DNA of 63,977 nt, filler included, from Blastocystis sp. subtype 4 (Eukaryota): assembly GCF_000743755.1 (NCBI RefSeq). It is 5 parts of 5 records of this genome, joined end to end, with 100 filler letters (N's around TTAATTAATTAA, not from the genome) between each part and the next. Parts side by side here need not be neighbours in the genome. Positions count along the whole stretch, not along the records: positions 1 to 15,697 come from NW_014569260.1; 4 more parts are not named here. One strand, written 5' to 3'. Of the stretch, positions 1-13,957 are shown in pieces (the first letter of the stretch is position 1; the number at the start of each line of letters is the position of its first letter). The position numbers and the translations under genes are program-made. Under the pieces are notes generated by a model. The model was not told the origin of the DNA. It saw only the letters and a list, made by a program, of their open reading frames with translations, and did not search any database.

Positions 1-499
1 TAATGGAAGAAGAGAGGATTGAATGATGAAAACAATGAGAATTGTGATGATGGGAGGTAATGAATGATGATATCATTCATATCCTATGTGAATACATGAG
101 ATAGATTGAAGTGATTGATTGTACTCCTATTCATCAACTCAAACCATCCACAACACATCTTATTCTATATCGAATCATGATGATTTGAATATGAATTGTG
201 TCATCTCTGATAATCTCTCATTCAACGTATCCCATTCAAATCATCATACATCATCCATCCACTCTATCAACATCTCCTATTCACATCAACACACTCAACT
301 ATCTACACTCTCTCTGAGAGATGATATCGTGATGAATAGTGAATAATAAGAAGAGAGACTGTTTAGAATGTTTGAAACATCACTTCTGTTGTGATCAATC
401 ATCATCATTCTTGTTCTTAATCCATTTCATTGTATCAGTCTACTTCATCAATCTTATTGTTTCATCATTTCCTGTTTCTTCTGATTTCACAAACAATCA

Positions 500-3400
500 C
501 ACTCTATATCTCTTAACAAACTCTTTGTTTCTTTTCTTGAAGTCTTATAAGATGAAGATGAACCCTGTCTCTTCTTTCTTCTCTGGAAGAACATCATACT
601 ACCAACAACACCAATCATAACTACAACCACAACAATAGTTATCACCATGCCCACTGATACTGGTTTCCGTACAATAGGATTCAACCATCACAAAGTACAT
701 TCCACTGGGGAATCCTACTGGAGCATCCTTATAGATCAGATATGAAATGTCTTGCTGTAGAGCTACAATCTGTTTTGAAACATAGTCACCTTTGAATGTG
801 TTGTTATTCGTACATTGAAACACACATTCTTGGTTTCAGAATCTGAACAATCCCTCTTCAGGAAGATGTTAATACTATGTTTGCTCACCAATAATCGATC
901 AGAGATCACATCAATGAGTCGATTGTACACCCAAATATCATAATTCTTTATCGTACAAGATGATATCATGTATTTAAAGTCAATGAAGGCAACAGAAGAA
1001 CTAGGATGTATCGACAGACAAGTTGATTGATCCACCTTACCCCAAACAGGATCAAATCCATTCTTCAAACAATATCGTGTTGATTCACCAAATGAATTCT
1101 GAGGACATGTTCCATAGCTGATTTCTCCAGTCATAATACTATCCCATCCCTTCTCCTTTGGACAATATACAAAATGACAGGTATAGAGTTCCACTTCAGC
1201 AAATACTCTCATCATTCGTCTCTTCTATCCTTACTTGATATCCATTGTAAGACTTGTTATTCGGAAACACAACAGCAACACTACTCTGAGGTTCTGTGAA
1301 TATGTTCCGATCATCCACTTGAGCCAACACATCACCTTCTTCTTCAGAAATCATTCCAATAATCTCAAATCTCTTTGGATGTTGATGAGAATAATCGATA
1401 GTTCCTCGTAACACAACCTTGTTGATGGATTCAAATCGATCATAATTGTAGTTGAATTGAATGAACACTGGAAGATTGTTCTCTCTCCAAGATGTCTCCA
1501 AATCACCATCAAATGCCGCAGAAGGAGGATTCTCGAGATTGAGTGAATGATGACTATCAGTAGCATATCCACGATCTGTTCGTAACATACAAGTGCCTGA
1601 TAACAAGGAAGCATACATATCAAAATAGATTCTGGTATCAGATGATTCACCATATCGATGTAACTCCACTGCTAACACATTTCGACCATTCTCCAATAGA
1701 GTGGAAGGAATACTGGTACGATGCCAAATCAACTGATCATATCGGTCTATTGCCAATGTGTTTTCATTCACTTCACTCATTGGCATATTACGACGAACCA
1801 CTTCAATTCCATTGATATATGCAATGATTCCATCCAGAACCTCCAGATCAAAGGCGAATATCGGATACTTGTTCTTATTATCAACAATGAACTCACGACG
1901 GAAATAAACAGTATTCCTTCTGAAATGACCAAATCCTCCACTTGATCCTATCGACCAATCAGAATCCTTGAAATCCAATGAGTTCCATTCCTCACTCATT
2001 CCTGAAGCAGAAGAATAACGCATCAATTGATCATCCAATAACACATAATTGATTGTGAAGTATTCTACTGCTTCACCACTACCATCTGAAANTCATTGAA
2101 GCCAACAAATCATTCCATGAATCTCTGATCAATAACTCTTCACCCACACCCCAACTGCCTGAAGAGAGAGTCGTATTCATCACTACTCGATACTCAGCAT
2201 TTGCCATACATAATGCTTGTTCATAAGCCTCACCAGAAAACTTCCTTGACAACACAACCTCTCCACTCATCGTGTAGATTATCAATGATTCTCCTTTTCT
2301 TCCATTGGAACGAGATAAAAACAATAAGGACTGATTATCTGGACAAGTACCAACATCAAACTCAATCACCTTCTCATCCTCACCAGCCTGATTCGATGTT
2401 GATATTGTGAAAATGAAGGTTCCTTGATCCATGAATGCTCCTGATAACACGTTATCAGAGAGTGTTACTCCTGAAGGGAGAGAAGGTTCAATCACAAGAG
2501 GAGAATACACTCCAGATATTGTAATGGATATAGAAAAGCGTTCACGTACTCGTAGATTCTTCGAGGATGGAAGGCTGAGTAGCGGTTTCTTTGTCACATT
2601 GGTAGATAGCGCTGTTGTCGCTCCACGACGTCCAGGAAGAACTATCTTGGTATAGGTCAATCCATCTTCACCTCTTAGTATGAAAAAACATGGTACTTGT
2701 TGTGGAAGATAACACATCAGACTTATATTATAGTTGTCCTTAGGGATACACAGGACTACATTATATTCCGTGTTATTGACAAACTGTTCAAAGATTGTAT
2801 CATTGTCCTTGGTAACAGTCAGCAGTCCACCCATCACAGGAACATTTGGTGTGTACAAATACTGACCATATTCACATCCTGTCACAGTTATATACAGAAT
2901 CTTTTGAACAGAACCTCCACTGTTTGAAGCACTCACTGTGAATCTGGTACGAGACAGAGACGCTTTTGGCCAACCCTTGATTCTGTTGTTTTTATGATCA
3001 ATAGACATACCAAGTGGAAGATCAGGTTCGATACTCCAAGACACATGGGCATAATTACACTCTAGAATGAGAGGAGCCATATCTGTAAACTGCTCAACTA
3101 TCACTTCATTCACTTCCTCTCCATCCTCTCCTTTGATCGACAGACGGGTTGGAGGAGCAACATATGACACATCAAATACGATCTTTGTTGATAATGACAG
3201 ACCACCACTCCTTGCTGTGATCACATACGTTTTTTTAGCTGTACGTTCAGAAGGAGTACCAGTAATGGATCCATCGGTTAACTTCAGACCTGGAGGCAAC
3301 TCTGGATCTGAAGTGAAGACTGGATTATTCAAAATAACCCCTACGAAGACAGGAGAATTGGGAGGGATCTTCACATTCTGATAATAATGAGTGAATTGAG

Positions 3401-5304
3401 TCGTATATGTGAATGAACCATCAGGAATGTGACTCAATTTAGAGTCTGGGACAGCTACAAATGATTCATCTCCTGGTCTCTTCCAGGTCAGCATCATTCC
3501 AAAAGTATCGCTAATAGCAAAGTATTCAACTTGGATTGGATAGTATCCTTTCCTATTGAATGTTATTGATCCTTCCTTTGTAATCATCTCATCTGCACAT
3601 TTCCAGTTGTTGATAAGTAGATTACCCATAACCATCATTCTTGCCCCATCTCGATTCTCCAACTTAAACACATAATCACCAGAAATGTCCACTTCAATGA
3701 AACCTCTCCATTTCACATAGAAATTACGAAAGAACAACTCATGAGGAATGGGTGACCAAGCATGACCTAAAGGCAATTCAGGATGATAGATTGATGCATC
3801 CACTGTATCAGCAAACTCAATAAGCATTCGAGAACTAAAGTAGGTTGCACTACAAATCTGCCCACTACGAAGTTGATAATATTTCGCGTTCAATCCACTC
3901 ACAGGATCAATTCCCACAGTCACATGAATGGTTGTGGCTACTGAGCCCAAAGGACCTGAAGCAGTGATCACATAATCCATAGAGGAATACAAGGAAGATG
4001 AACCACTGATCACTCCAGAAACAGAATTGATGGAGATTCCTACTGGAAATGGAGGAGAGACAGTGAATGAAGTGATATAAGAACCACGCATACAAGGACG
4101 AGTGGTCTCAATTGTTCCAGAAACAAAGGTTGTGATATCTTTCTCTTGAAGTGAAGGAGCCATTCCTCCCACAAATGTCACTGTGTCGTCAATTGTTGTT
4201 AGTGGAAGTCCTGCTGCAGGGGAAGAATACTGAACCAAGAGACGAGGTGAATCACCACTACTGAAATACAATCGCATCAAATGACGACCAGTTGTGAGAT
4301 AGATTGTAGCAGTATGTGTTCCACTTACAGAAGCATAGATCAATGGTGTGGTTGCTGTATCAAAGTAGAGAATCACTGAACGCTCACAAGTGATATGGAA
4401 CACATAATCAGCTGAAGGACCAATATTCAGATATCCAGTAATGCTTCCTGAGAAATAGGTCTCTATTCGATCATCCAGACCGGGCCAAGTATGTTTTAGT
4501 TCCTTTGAATCAAATTCATCTATCAGATCCAATATCTTCAGACTGGTACAGGATTCTGCCATATTGCTATAGTACCAATCCTCCTCATAGGGAATTGCCC
4601 CAGCCATAGAGTAATAACAAGCAACTAAACCAGGAATCATGGCTTTAGATGGAACTAACAATCATTCATTATTCCTTCTATCTACGTTGGAAGTTTAATG
4701 TTATCATTGTTGACACACTACCATATTGATTCTTTCCAGTTACTTCAAATGATCTTCTTCCAACACTACCTGTGTACACACCAGATAATCTCCCTGTAGA
4801 TTCATCAAACTCAAGACCATTTGTCAAAGCTGGAGTAATAGAATACTCTGAAAATACAGTGTTTCCTGTAAACCGAATAGGAATAAAGGCCAAACCAATA
4901 AACACATTCTGTTCAGAAAAACCAGCACTGATCTCAGTGGGGTATCCGAGAACTACGAATGAAAACAAAACACAACAACCACCTCCAAGAGAAAATGTAC
5001 CAGCATTTCCGTAACAGTTAACCGTGTAGGTGATCAACGGAGAGGTCTCAACAGGAGTTCCATAAAATGTCTCGTTTCCAAAGAAAACACCGGTAGGCAG
5101 AGCAGGGAGGATGGAATAATTGGGACAGGTAATATTGCAAGAGAAACTGTTATAAACTCCAATTGTCATCACATTTACCTCCGATCCACATGAAAAAGAT
5201 AGACTATGTCCAACTACAGTCAAAGAAACAAACAAAAACAACATGAAAGGAGTAGCAGCAAAATAAGGAACAGGAATGAAAGCATGATTCAGTTGAAATC
5301 TCAT
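500..5304 (-). CDS. Large type I membrane surface protein: signal peptide, putative Ig repeats, two PA14-like domains, beta-sandwich and F5/8-type C-like domains, HormR-like Cys domain, TM helix, short basic tail (multi-exon)
   Basis: ORFs 4678-5304, 2079-4661, 1196-2044, 763-1215, 599-823 and 487-684 are collinear on the minus strand. Motifs: LPxG(L/V)...G.ISG repeats (putative Ig), FYVKWRGFIEV...DGARM (PA14), AFDGDLETSW (F5/8C), CP...G...RYC...W...C (HormR-like), and hydrophobic VITIVVVVVMIGVVG followed by RRKKR. An N at 2092 leaves one junction uncertain. The 3' end is placed at the predicted poly(A)-completed TG. Confidence 0.75.
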
Positions 5305-6055
5305 TCCATGTTAGCACACATTATACCGCCACTTTGAAGATAGATAATGGATGAATGAATCCCACGGGAATTATTCAACATTAGCGGTCTGCTTAATACA
5401 ATCAATGCCAATCTAAGAATAAGACGTTTGAAGCTGATTACAATATTTATTAATGGTATTGTTGTGGAATCCAATCACTAATTCGATTATCATTCTAACA
5501 GGGAGTAGAACAATTGCTAAGGTGACAGATAACTCTTCTTACAACTAAAAAAATCACTTAGGGATTTCTTTATCCAGTTTCCAGAGAGTAAATGTGATGA
5601 TAAGTCATTTGCTGATTGGAGTGAATGATAGTCACTATTCCTAGTAATTGATAAACAGTAGCATAAGACTGAAATCTTCATTAGCATACGATTATTTTGG
5701 ATACGGTGAACTAGTAGCTATGTCCATTGATACAATTTGTCAAGAACCATTTGAAAGGAGAGGAAGGGATAACAGATGTTAGATGCTGAATGAGTTTGTC
5801 AACAAACAATTCAGTGTCTTCCTCCATGACTATTCACATACAAAGCTCCTGCGCTTTGGTTACCAGACACTTCACTGACTCCTCTTCCACTCGACCATGC
5901 AGAACTCATTTCAGATGCAGCTGGAGAATCACGAATAATACCAGGAGAACTGTATCCTCTCGAAGCTGCTGCAGCACCATCATAGGATCCATGAGACTTA
6001 CTCATTCTCAATTGACAATTCTTTCGATAAGATTATTATGATTCATTTCAATATC

Positions 6056-6085
6056 ACTGAAATCAACTGAAATCAACTGAAATCA
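6056..6085 (+). repeat. Tandem 10-mer ACTGAAATCA x3
   Basis: Directly visible in intergenic DNA. Confidence 0.8.
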
Positions 6086-6392
6086 ACAGTTCATGCTGAA
6101 CATCAAATCGTTCTCTTTCAAGCATTCTATCCCTCCTTGTCATATCTATTACCATTTACAATGATTAACCTTTACTACTCTCAATTCTGTGTCTTCATGA
6201 CTGAACAATGATAACTTAACTCTGATATAAACCCCTCTTTGTTAGTATTCTTCCATATCCATTGTATTACTGCCCACTACTTTCATAAACTGTTACAATG
6301 AAAGTAAGAATACATAGAAAAAGACTACTGATATCCATTAAACAAGAAAGTTTCTAATGAAAAACAACGTAACTCATCCGATTAAAGAAGCA

Positions 6393-6968
6393 TCAATTAT
6401 CCAACAATCTCCCATAATCATTCCATTCACCATACATGAGACCATGCTTAGTCTTATCAACCAACTTTTGTAACCGTTTCTGAAATAATTCGTTATTTTT
6501 CTTTTGACTCTGTATGGTATCTATTCGAATACGTCGATACAAATCCGGAAAACCTTGAAAAGTCTTCCATACTTCAGGGTCACGTTGTAATGCTTTCAGA
6601 ATGTCATTATCAATCGAAAAACTTGATAGTGACATATCTGGCAATATAGACCGTCCAGCCTCTGTCATACGACCCAATCGTTCCAAACGACGACATCTTT
6701 CTTTATTTAACTCCGTCCAATGACTCCGTTTACTTCTTGGCATAAACTTTTGAACAGTAACAGTAGAAGATAACTTCTTTGTTGTACTATCAATCCAGCC
6801 AAAACACAGTGCCTCTTCAACAGCATCAATATACCAAAAATGTTCACCATCTGTAGGTTTACCTCGTTTTACCTCTACCCAACACTCTTTTGCTATATTA
6901 TGATTCTTTGCATACCACTGACGTAATTCATCACGGTTCTTTGCTTTTAAGAAGTTAATAACACGCAT
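6393..6968 (-). CDS. ydeI: YdeI/OmpD-associated (OmdA, bacteriocin-protection) family protein, bacterial type, intronless
   Basis: 191 aa with family motifs R..LR.W...NH, Y.DAVEEALCFGWIDS, F.PR..RS.W...NK.R...L...GRM..AG and a C-terminal OmdA-like region (L...PE.W..F......YR). Confidence 0.85.
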   Translation of the reverse strand: MRVINFLKAKNRDELRQWYAKNHNIAKECWVEVKRGKPTDGEHFWYIDAVEEALCFGWIDSTTKKLSSTVTVQKFMPRSKRSHWTELNKERCRRLERLGRMTEAGRSILPDMSLSSFSIDNDILKALQRDPEVWKTFQGFPDLYRRIRIDTIQSQKKNNELFQKRLQKLVDKTKHGLMYGEWNDYGRLLDN

Positions 6969-7411
6969 CTGTTATACCAATAACAAAGAAAGTAAGTGTT
7001 GAATTATACGAGAAATAGAAAGGCAGATGAAGTAGAATGCTTCTAATATGTTAATAAAGATAATCCAAGGTTTGTCTACCATTTTGACAAGGAAAGGGAA
7101 TGTACCGTATTGTATTTATGATTATCAATTCACACTGCACATTTTCAATTACATCCACTTAAATAGGTTATAAAGTGTTAATTTCATATTCTATCACTGA
7201 AATATAGTTAGTAAACATAAGTGTACATAATTAGGGTTCGGTCCCATCTTTGAACATACTGAAGATACTGCTGTATATAGTATCTTGAATCTTTTATTGA
7301 GTTACGAGTAAATAAGAATCTAAATAGAATATCTATTAATGAAAATCACCTGGTAGATAATGGTGTAATTTAGAGAACTGAAATATGTGTGATTTGTCTA
7401 ATAAACAGGAT

Positions 7412-10400
7412 AATTCATTCTTCCATTACAATGTTTAGATCCACATAAACAGACCAATTCTTTATCTTCATATTGGAATTTGTAGTCATAAGTGATTTCT
7501 TCTCCAGGATTAATATCTTGAAGAGCAAAGAAAATGATTTTGTTTTCATTATTGATATTAACTACACGAGCATAGCAATTTGGATCACAGCAATGATTGA
7601 TGAAACGACTTTCATTTCCTTTGACAGTTGCATCTACAATATGATCATTATCCAATCGAAAGAAGTAGCAACTGCCCATTTTCACTTTATTGTAACTACA
7701 CTTCATTCCTTCGACCAATTTCGACATTAGTTCACGATCATTAGCTACTGATTGACTTAATACTTCTCCAGCAAATTCGATTACCATTTGACCTCGAGTG
7801 AAAGGAGCATTTGCGAATAGTCCCCATCCATGAATTAGGCTCTTTATCACTACTAATTGATCACTTGTTGGACGAGACTATGATTGATTGAATTACTTCT
7901 CTCTCACTTGAAGAACTCGATATTGACGTAACAATTCACTGGTACTTGTTGCTTCACTATTGTTTTCACTCCGAGAAGAACGAAGAGGACGAGGAGATTC
8001 ATGAGAAGTCTGACGAAGAGTTGATAGTGTCCAAGCGAGAGGAGATACACACGTCTCGACAGCTAGACATCGACTACAACTCGAATGATTGACTACTTCA
8101 TAATCACTTTTGCTCTTTTCATTCATCTTCAAATGTTCTTCATTTGACTATTTATTCAATCATCCTTCATTTCTTACACGTTCTTCTCGAACTCGAATAA
8201 CATCTTCTCTCTTTGGTTGAATCAAATGATATTGATAAGCAACAATACCAGGAGGAGGAACTGCATGATATACACTGTTTGGTTCACTTTCCAAAGCAAA
8301 GACAACATGAGGGAGATTTAGACCGAAGAAAGAGTATCCATCCAAACCACGACAATGATAAGCATCCAGATGTTCTTCCATCCGTTCACGTAACCGAAGA
8401 TTTGAATAATGACCTTTAGAACGTAATGTTTCATGAAGAGCACCATACACTTCTGAAGTGATATTTATCAACTATTCTTACCATGAATGTTGTTACCAAC
8501 AAATGACACTTCAGGGCACATCACATCCACAATACGGAATACAGGACGACGAATACTTGGTTTATCATCTGAGATCTGTTCTGATAGAATTTCCATACAA
8601 TACAGAGTTCGCTACATTTCCATTCTCTCATCAATCCTACTTCACCTATTGATTGAGTACTCCAGTAAATGCGGAAAGAACGATACTGTTCAGGAAAGAG
8701 ATAGTTACGATTATGCATATAAGGAGAACGACTTAATGTTCCCAGATGAGTTATTGTCAAAGCACCTAATCGAAGATATTCATTTGGGAATAGTTTGCTA
8801 TACATCACTTCTCAGTCCTTCTAACTACAGCTTTAAAGGAGGAAAGACAACACGATAGTTGAATCGAGTAGTAAACAATTCCATGTTTCCTACAGCTACA
8901 CGATAGTCTAGAGGACGAGAAGGACTAGAAGATCCTGGAGGAGTAGATCGAAAGGAAGACTTAGCAGGAATTGGAAGGGATGATAGAGTAGATTTGGAAG
9001 GAGTGATATCATCTTCATTCGCTCGATTGCGAGAACGTTGACCAGGACGATGACGAGGACAGAAAGATTCTTTGTTTACACGAATCAAACAACCCTTCTC
9101 TCGACCACAAGCAAAATGAAATGCATAAGGACAATTCTGGAAACAGCAACGAATTGATGCTCCTGTTCGATCACAAATACAACAACGAGTTGAACGAGAT
9201 TTGTTCTTCATCTGAGTATACTTTTGAATTGCTCCATTCTTAGAATCAATTGAAATGTTACTACTGTAGTATACACAATTCAAATGAACCCATTCACCTG
9301 TTAGAGTACATAACATCCGACCTGACTCGATTGAATCACCTCGTTGAAGACATAAGTCACAAATACGAGAATCTTCAAAAGGATGATCAGGAAGACCATG
9401 AAGACCATGAATCTCACAGTGAGAAGAAGATTGATTCAATCGCATCATCGGAGGAACAGATACATTTCCTGCAATTAACATACATTCTACAGGAGAGAAA
9501 GGATTTGAAGGATCAAAGAATGCAGGAAAGACACTTTGAGCAATATAAAGGAATGCAGCTGCCTTACTAGCATCCTCTGCAAGAAGAAGAGGAGTTGAAT
9601 AGAGATGCAGAACTTGATCTAGAACAGAATCTGAAACATCTCGAGGACTTCCTCCACAACGAACATCACATACATATACACTCTGAATTCGTTCCCCTAT
9701 TTCTTAATACTCTTTCTGTTCTATACCTAATTGTTGATGACTATCTAATCGAGATTGAAGAAATACACGACATCGTTCACATACATCTTCAGCTGCCATA
9801 TTTCCCTTCAAACGGTCGCGTCGACTTGATCCATTCTCATTTAACATTGATAATTGATTCTTCAAAGGAAGTGTCTGAACGAGAATATTGTTTGCCTATC
9901 ATTCAATTTCATTTTCAATCATACTCGCACAACCACACGAGCCAGATCTAATAACAATGGATTCAATGCATTTGATCGAACATTCTGACTCAATACATCT
10001 CCTTGAATCAACTCACGAATACGTAACTCTTGACGACGTTCTTGAATTACATTGATTGGAGCACTAGTAGAACGAACAGTCGAAAGAGGAGTATGAGGAA
10101 GAGAATCATTTGAAGGAGAAACAACAGATCGACAACGTTTACAATGATAAGGAGAACGAGTCAAATCACATTTCTGCCATTCAATCATATCATTTGATAA
10201 ACAACGACGATGAATCCATTGTTCACATCCTTCACAGAATCCCATATCACTATCACTTGCACTCCAAGGTCGACCACATACAGCACATAAACGGAAGCGT
10301 TCTTCTTTCAAGTAACAATTACGACAATAGTCTTTGTGGTACGACCAACTTGTTGGACTTCCATGCATACCACACTTCTTACAATCAAAACAGAATCCAC

Positions 10401-13400
10401 ATACCAACAATGATAGATTGTTTTCATCTGAGTATTTCAAACAAGCTTTGTGGAAAGCACGATCACATCGATTACAAGAACATACTGCATCTCCATCTCC
10501 TAACAGACTTGTTAACGATAATCCACATACTTCACAAATCTTACAATTTGTACAACGCCAACCACGACGCATCTCCATCGATACAGTTCCACTCAAACTT
10601 GCACAGAATACATGATAAGCCTCACCACAATCACCACAGAATAACATTCGATCTCGATCTCCCAAGGATCCACAACTCACACATGCTTCCATTGCAATCG
10701 TATAACCATATTGAGGAGATACACGCTCTGTCACATTACCCAATTCAATTACAGAATAGGGAGGAGCCAATGGACTTAGAGGTTCCAATTTACTTCCATC
10801 TGCTTTGATCTTTTCAATATATCGAACCATCTTTGAAGCCTCTAAACTTGCTTGCTTTGCATTCACACTTGCTTCAGGTCGAACTGATGATTTCATCTTC
10901 ATTGTTCGAGTTGTTATTGCCTTCTCTCCATACTTACCACAAATACTTCCTTTCAGATTTGTATTCAATTCATTCTCACCTCCATCAAATACTCCACTTG
11001 CACATTCCCATACTTCATCTCCTACACTGTTGTACACAAATGCATTATAACACATCAATTCAAAATCATCACGTAATTCCTGAGGATCCTTATACTCTTT
11101 CCTTTCAACACGATTTCTCATCCATTCAAAACACATTACATTCTCACGAGATACGATATCGAAATAGTTTGGAGCAATGTCTTCTGTAATTGGATGTTCG
11201 AATACACCACGTGGATCCAAACATTGGAGATGATTCAATACTTCCTTCATTTTCAAACGACGACATGACGGACAACTATACAAATCATTCTCATTTTCTT
11301 CCTTTTCATTTTTTATCATTCCATCACAATCCATATGAACCAAACACTTACATTCACTACATCGAATACAAGTCTCTTTTGATTCATCCTCACTCACGGT
11401 ATGAAGGCATACGTTACAAAACAATCCATTCTTGTAGCTCTCACGACATTCCTCACAACATCGAATACTCTCTCCACATACTTCACATGATTCCCATCGA
11501 CCATAGAATGATACTTCAGTTCCACATCCAGCACATTTTGAACAAGCAAAACAAATGAAAGGATCCATCCATTCATTCTCATGATACACAGGATCACTAC
11601 ATGACAAGTGACAATACAATCCACATTTCACACAACGATGAACAGGATGATTTGGACTTGAACCTCGAAGACAACACCAACAATACTCTTCATTCATTGG
11701 TTCCAAACTCAATAGATCTCTATCATTCAATTCATTCTTTCATTACATACTCATTACACACTCCCTCCATTATCACATATTCACGATTCAAATATAACCA
11801 ACAACAAGGAACATCATCTCTTTCAAAACAAACGAAGTGTTTACCTGTTAGAGATCGATAATGAAGAACTACACCACGACACCAGCCTCCTAATGGGAAA
11901 TCTACTTGACGACTCCAAACATAAATCCATTTGTATAGCCATTCTTTACCACTCAATTCAATATGATCACGAGGAACACTCAGAGGAATCCCTGATCGTA
12001 ACTCATTTCGAACTCGGATCTCCCACCGAATCGATTCTTGTTCATTACTGAATTCTAGTTCAAGTCGATGTTCACGCCAATCTCGTAATTTCGAAGTACA
12101 ATTGCGATTCACAATCATTACTCTCTCTCGTAGTATATCCAATACTTTGATTTGATTAGTAGAACTATTCATTGAATTGTTATCAGATGCTCTTATTCTG
12201 TCTATTGAATCATTCCATTCTTTCAATCCAATCATTTCATCCACTTCCTCCATCAACCAACAAATATGAAGTCCTTCTTCATCATTCATCCAAAGCAAAT
12301 CACGAAGAACACTCACTTCTCCTCGTTCTAATGCATACCAACCACTTTCATACCAATACTCTCCTTTCATCACTATATATACCAATAATCGATTCTCATC
12401 AACAAATATCACACGACCTAATCGATTTTCATTCTTCATTTTTATCATCACACAACTTCCCAATAAATCATTCCAAATACTCTTCAACCATTTCATTCGA
12501 TTTACAAATATACTCACATTTCCTTTGTTATGAGGAGTTCCCATTGGAGCCATTCCACTCGATTCAATCATCTCCGATCGTAAACGCAAGTAATCAAATC
12601 CATTACTCACACAACTCAGTACTTCAACACATCCATCACATAACCAATCATTGTAGTCATACTCTTCTCCATACAGACAGTGAGCATGATACTCTTCATT
12701 ACATCGATTACATACAATCATATCTTCTGTTTGTCGATTATTACATAAACAACATCCAAATGAATTACGAATCGATTGAATCAAACAATCAGGAGGAGGA
12801 TGAATCTCAGGTAGATTCAATACTTGACCATTCTTACTTACAATTGTATTCACAAATACACCTTCATTCTCTTCATGATCTTCACATTCTTCAATGCTTA
12901 TTGTTTCTATTGGATGAATTCCTTCTTCACTCTTATCAGAACCATCAGAATCATCCAATCGATCTTTGCTTCCATTCATACCTCGACGACGCTTATCCTC
13001 TAATCGACTACTATCACGACGATTTGATCGTTTCCGACTATTTCGTTCATCGAATTCATCAAATTCATCACTTGAACTCCAATTTGTTTGAGAACTCCAT
13101 CCACGACCTCGACCACGACCTCGGCCACGACCACTCGAACTTGGATGACTTGAATGATCCATATCTGTTCCCTCTTCAATTGGAACATCAGAACGAAGAG
13201 ATCGAGTGGATCGACGAAGAACACGAGACATTTCAATATCGAGAGAATCACTTGAATCACTACTCTCTTCTCGTTCCATCGACATTGGTGTTGTCCAACC
13301 ATTTCCTCGACCTCTTCCTCTTCCTCTTCCTCGAGCACGACCTCGACCTCGAGCACGGCCTCGACCTGAAGAAGAGAAGAGAAGACGAAGTTCTTCAAGA

Positions 13401-13957
13401 TCACTTGGAATGTCATTGGTGGTGGAATTAGTGGTGGTGTTAGTAATATTGGAGTTAGTGGTGCTGTTGGTAATATTGGAGTCAGTAGAAACAGTATTGG
13501 AATCAACAGAGACATCAACAGTTTTAGCATCAACAGGAACAGTATTGGAAGCAACAGAGATATCAACAGTTTTAGCATCAGTAGAAGCATTAATAGGAGG
13601 AATATTGAGATCACCAGGAACAATCTCAGTCATACCATTATTGACAGAAGTAACAATATTGATAGAACGAATATCAGTACATGTCTCAGGAATCATAGGA
13701 GTATTCTCTACTACATTCTCTGATTTACACAAAGTAACAGAACAAGTAGCAGTCTCTTTCAACGAATCTCGAGAAATTTCTTCTTTTGATATACTCTTAT
13801 CATTCAATTCACTGATAACAACATGTTCTTTCTCTTCTACTTTCAAGTCAGTTATAACAGCACAGGACTCTTTCAAATCATTCGAATTCCCTTCAGCGGA
13901 TTCAATTTCTTCTTTACAGTTTGATAGATCCACATCTTCTTTACTCTCACTTACCAT
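7412..13957 (-). CDS. Trithorax/MLL(KMT2)-like histone H3K4 methyltransferase: multiple PHD fingers, bromodomain, ePHD, FYR-like region, SET and post-SET (multi-exon; 5' end may extend upstream)
   Basis: SET motifs IHGWGLF, RFINHCCDPNC, EEITYDY and post-SET CLCGSKHCNGRMN; bromodomain F.HP.....APNY...AFVYN; many C4HC3 fingers; ePHD WVHLNC...GASIRC...FHFAC; N-terminal GRGR repeats. Confidence 0.9.

Noticed and set aside
1..470. Low-complexity TCA/TGA-rich contig end with short ORFs
   Set aside because: May be a degenerate multicopy gene fragment, but I cannot assign a family from the sequence.
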